Of a DNA stretch of 64,000 bases, positions 60,558 to 64,000 are shown in pieces; the first letter of the stretch is position 1; every line of letters starts with the position of its first letter. Location of the stretch: positions 39,742,001-39,806,000 of the forward strand of contig OZ024741.1 of the NCBI GenBank assembly GCA_964016885.1. Direction: 5' to 3'. The notes beneath the pieces were generated by a model that was not told where the DNA came from, did no database searches, and saw only the letters and a program-made list of their open reading frames with translations. This DNA is from Eledone cirrhosa. Lineage: Eukaryota. The translations under genes and the position numbers were made by a program.

Positions 60558-60942
60558 ATATATTAATTCAAAATATTAACAAAATAGATATTCGTGTGAT
60601 CATGTATATTTTATTATACATATTTCAGAGGTACTGAATTAACTTCAACAGTACGTCCTCATCAGATAAAATAAGATGAGGCATGCCATACCCTGACATA
60701 GTAGATGGTTAAGATTCAGTCATGGTAGTGCATCATCTTATTTTATCTGATGAGGACGTACTGTTGAACTTAACTCAGTACCTCTGAAATATGTATAATA
60801 AAATATACATGATCACACGAATGTCTATTTTGTTAATATTTTGAATTAATATTAATAACTCCGGAAAACCATCACTGTTGAGTGCTTCCAATCTATTGTA
60901 AAACTCATTCTTTGATTTATTCATTGAACCTTGTTTAACCTT

Positions 60943-60943
<1 letters not shown>
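60558..60943. mobile_element. Family C fold-back with two hammerheads (60609-60671 minus, 60741-60803 plus)
   Basis: TTTTAT-CTGATGA-GGA-C-GTACTG...CAGTAC-C-TCT-GAAA-TATGTATA-ATAAAA on both arms. Confidence 0.85.
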
Positions 60944-60991
<48 letters not shown>

Positions 60992-61048
60992 CAAGGGAGT
61001 GTAACGCGAAGTTACTGTAGGCAATGAAGGAGTAACCATTCGTCCTTT

Positions 61049-61232
61049 TGGCAGTATCGGTAGAGGGTCAGACGCCATGCTTTGCAACAAAGAGTTACGG
61101 CCCTTTATGGTCTGAGTTCAAATCCCGCCGAGGTTAACTCAGACTTTCATCCATACAGTGTCGATCAAATAAAGTACCAGTAATACACTGGAATAATTGC
61201 TGGCCTTGTGCCAAAAGTAGAAAAAATTATTA
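61049..61232 (+). mobile_element. SINE S1
   Basis: A-box, B-box, central domain and tail. Confidence 0.85.
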
Positions 61233-61371
61233 TACATATATATACATTAAATATATATTATATTACCGATGCTATACACTGTGAATACTCTGAGTTACAT
61301 GGTTTGGCACTGAGCACGCATGATCAGTAGCACTCCACGAAACTTAGGATAGTTACATAAACTGATGTCAG

Positions 61372-61409
<38 letters not shown>

Positions 61410-61411
61410 TA

Positions 61412-61942
61412 AGTTATTCCGCGTTGAATGGGAGGTAACCGCAGTAGGTAATGTACTCAATGCATAGCAGAGTATAACAGTTTTAATATAGATGAGATTC
61501 TACAGGACTAGAACTGTTTCATTCTTTAGAAATCATCAGGAATCTGCCTTTCCAAAATAAATGTTGTGGTATTTATATCTTTTCAGGTGGTAGGAGAGGG
61601 TGGGGAGTGGGATGGGTGGAGGTCATTGGTTGAAAGAAAAGGGAATTCATTAACAGCTAAGGCATTGTTAGCTTAAGAGAAACTTAAAAATAAGGAATGG
61701 CACCCCATTCTGAACTTGTTTATAGAATTCTCTCTGCCTTTGACACTCTAAATATACATTATAGCCTTAATGAATTAGTTTTTAATGAATTCCCTTTTCT
61801 TTCACCCAATGACATCCACCCATCCCACTCCCCACCCTCTCCTACCACCTGAAAAGATATAAATACCACAACATTTATTTTGGAAATGCAGATTCCTGAT
61901 GATTTCTAAAGATTGAAACTGTTCTAGTCCTGTAGAATCTCA

Positions 61943-61945
<3 letters not shown>
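61412..61945. mobile_element. Family B fold-back with two hammerheads (61495-61545 minus intact, 61890-61940 plus)
   Basis: AGATTC-CTGATGA-TTTCTAAAGAAT-GAAACAG ttctagtc CTGTA-GAATCT, TA flanks. Confidence 0.85.
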
Positions 61946-62018
<73 letters not shown>

Positions 62019-62030
62019 GTAAAACGATTT

Positions 62031-62076
62031 AGGACCCCGACGGCTGAGCTCCGGCCGTTTCGACAGCTAGATCCGA
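62031..62076 (-). mobile_element. Family A2 fragment
   Basis: aggaccccgacggctgagctccggccgtttcgacagctagatccga. Confidence 0.75.
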
Positions 62077-62089
62077 ATATATATATATA

Positions 62090-62199
<110 letters not shown>

Positions 62200-62723
62200 T
62201 GTGTGCATATATATATATACAAACACACACACACGTGTATATATATTTATATTTATATATATATATGTGTGGTGTGTGTGTAAATGTATATATGCATCTA
62301 TGTATATATACATATACATACATGTGTATTTTCTGTTTCTGTGAAAGCGTGTGTATGTGCATATGTTTGAATGCACGCTCGTGTGTCTGTGTGTGTGTGT
62401 GTTCGTATTTCTCAAGAGAAAACCAAGGGTTTCAAGCGATACATCTTGGTATGTTGATCCGTATAGCAAACATTAAATTATTAATAGTCGTACCGGGAGC
62501 TTGGGAAGTTTACATACGAAAGAAAGGTATCCCAGTTTCGTTGAAGGAGAAGAGGAGAATGAGGAAAAGAGAAGGGTGGAAGACAAGAAAAGGAAGAGGT
62601 GGGTGGATAAGAAGTATAGATAAGGGGGAGACTGGAAGAGAATTGAAGTAAATGCTGCAGGAGTTCTCACCCTATCTCCCACACACACTTAATGTATATC
62701 GCCACATTAATAACAATGCGTTT

Positions 62724-63697
62724 CTAATTGAGACACAACGCCAACAATATTGTTTGTTGGGAGTCGATTAAATCGACCCCAGTACTTCACTGTAACTTTA
62801 TTTTATCGATTCAAGATAAGATGAAAGGTAATGTCAACTTCGACTGGATTTGAACTCATAACAAAGTGCCATAACAAATACTGCCAAGTGTTTTGTCCAA
62901 ATCACTATATATATACTGCCAAGAGTTTTGTCCAAATCACTATATATGCTGCCAAGTGTTTTGTCCAAATCACTATATATACTGCCAAGAGTTTTGTCCA
63001 AAGCCCTATATATACTGCCAAAAGTTTTGTCCAAAGCCCTATATATACTGCCAAGAGTTTTGTCCAAAGCCCTATATATACTGACAAGAGTTTTGTCCAA
63101 AGCCCTATATATACTGACAAGAGTTTTGACCAAAGTACTATATATACTGACTGTCAAGAGTTTTGTCCAAAGCCCTATATATACTGACAAGAGTTTTGTC
63201 CAAAGCCCTATATATACTGACAAGAGTTTTGTCCAAAGCCCTATATATACTGACAAGAGTTTTGACCAAAGTGCTATATATACTGACTGTCAAGAGTTTT
63301 GTCCAAAGCCCTATATATACTGACAAGAGTTTTGTCCAAAGCCCTATATATACTGATAATAGTTTTTCCAAAGCCCTATATATACTGACAAGAGTTTTGT
63401 CCAAAGCCCTATATATACTGACAAGAGTTTTGACCAAAGTACTATATATACTGACAAGAGTTTTGACCAAAGCAGTATATATACTGACAAGAGTTTTGAC
63501 CAAAGCCCTATATATACTGACAAGAGTTTTGTCCAAAGCACTATATATACTGACAAGAGTTTTGACCAAAGCAGAATATATACTGACAAGAGTTTTGACC
63601 AAAGCCCTATATATACTGCCAAGAGTTTTGCCCAAAGCGCTATATATACTGCCAAGAGTTTTGGCGGAAGCTCTAATGATTCTGCTATTCCACCGTC
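62724..63697 (-). mobile_element. SINE S1 split by internal minisatellite expansion
   Basis: Tail, central domain and B-box at 62724-62880. The head resumes at 63660-63697. Confidence 0.7.
62879..63663. repeat. 33-bp minisatellite, ~23-24 units
   Basis: Unit CTG(A/C)CAAGAGTTTTGTCCAAAGCCCTATATATA. Confidence 0.95.
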
Positions 63698-63699
63698 AT

Positions 63700-63830
63700 T
63701 ATAATAATGTTTTCCAAGTTGTGTTCAAGGCCAGCAATTTTGACGAGCAAGGAAAGTCGATTAAATCTATCCCAGTTCTTCACTGATACTTTATCGACCC
63801 CAGAAAGATAAAAAGCAATGTCGACTTGAG
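63700..63830 (-). mobile_element. SINE S1 3' half
   Basis: caaggccagcaatttt...ggaaagtcgattaaatc...ttatcgacccc. Confidence 0.7.
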
Positions 63831-64000
63831 GTTTCATCTGAGAACGCAGAGACTGCAAGCCTTGTAGCTAAATGTAAAATCAATTGATGATAATAATGAT
63901 AATTATTAACTTGAACAACAAAAGAAAGAAGTTTATCATGGAGTGATATTAGAATGGTGTCGTGTCCGTGCCTTTCAGATTTTTTTGATTTTTTTTAAAA

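Noticed and set aside
62831-63786. 11-aa repeat proteins (KSFVQSPIYTD)
   Set aside because: Translation of the 33-bp minisatellite.

Overview
Very AT-rich, microsatellite-saturated eukaryotic DNA, probably intronic or intergenic. The (TA)n/(CA)n/(TATG)n density and tRNA-derived SINEs suggest an Octopus-like cephalopod (inference only). I find no intact protein-coding gene, and nearly all listed ORFs are translations of simple repeats. Recognisable debris: RTE-, L1/Tx1- and CRE-type LINE fragments, a Ty3/Gypsy-like pol remnant, mariner/Tc1 ends and MITEs, several SINE families, a 17-bp satellite (46.35-49.3 kb), a 33-bp minisatellite born inside a SINE (62.9-63.7 kb) and a promoter-like motif cluster (59.05 kb). 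The main hidden signal is a set of short elements sitting in (TA)n tracts that carry type I hammerhead ribozymes (stem I-CUGANGA-stem II-GAAA-stem III-NUH-stem I). I count about 19 full or near-full motifs from about 8 sequence families, plus about 16 copies of a family that keeps only the GAAA-stem III-GUC half. Stems co-vary between families, four families share a C.C mismatch at stem II position 4, and stem/loop III is self-complementary. Multi-copy families have fixed 3' ends abutting TA, and many copies are fold-back (inverted) insertions. This fits (TA)n-associated Penelope-like retroelement pseudo-LTRs or retrozyme-like derivatives. All structures were folded by eye, and activity is untested.
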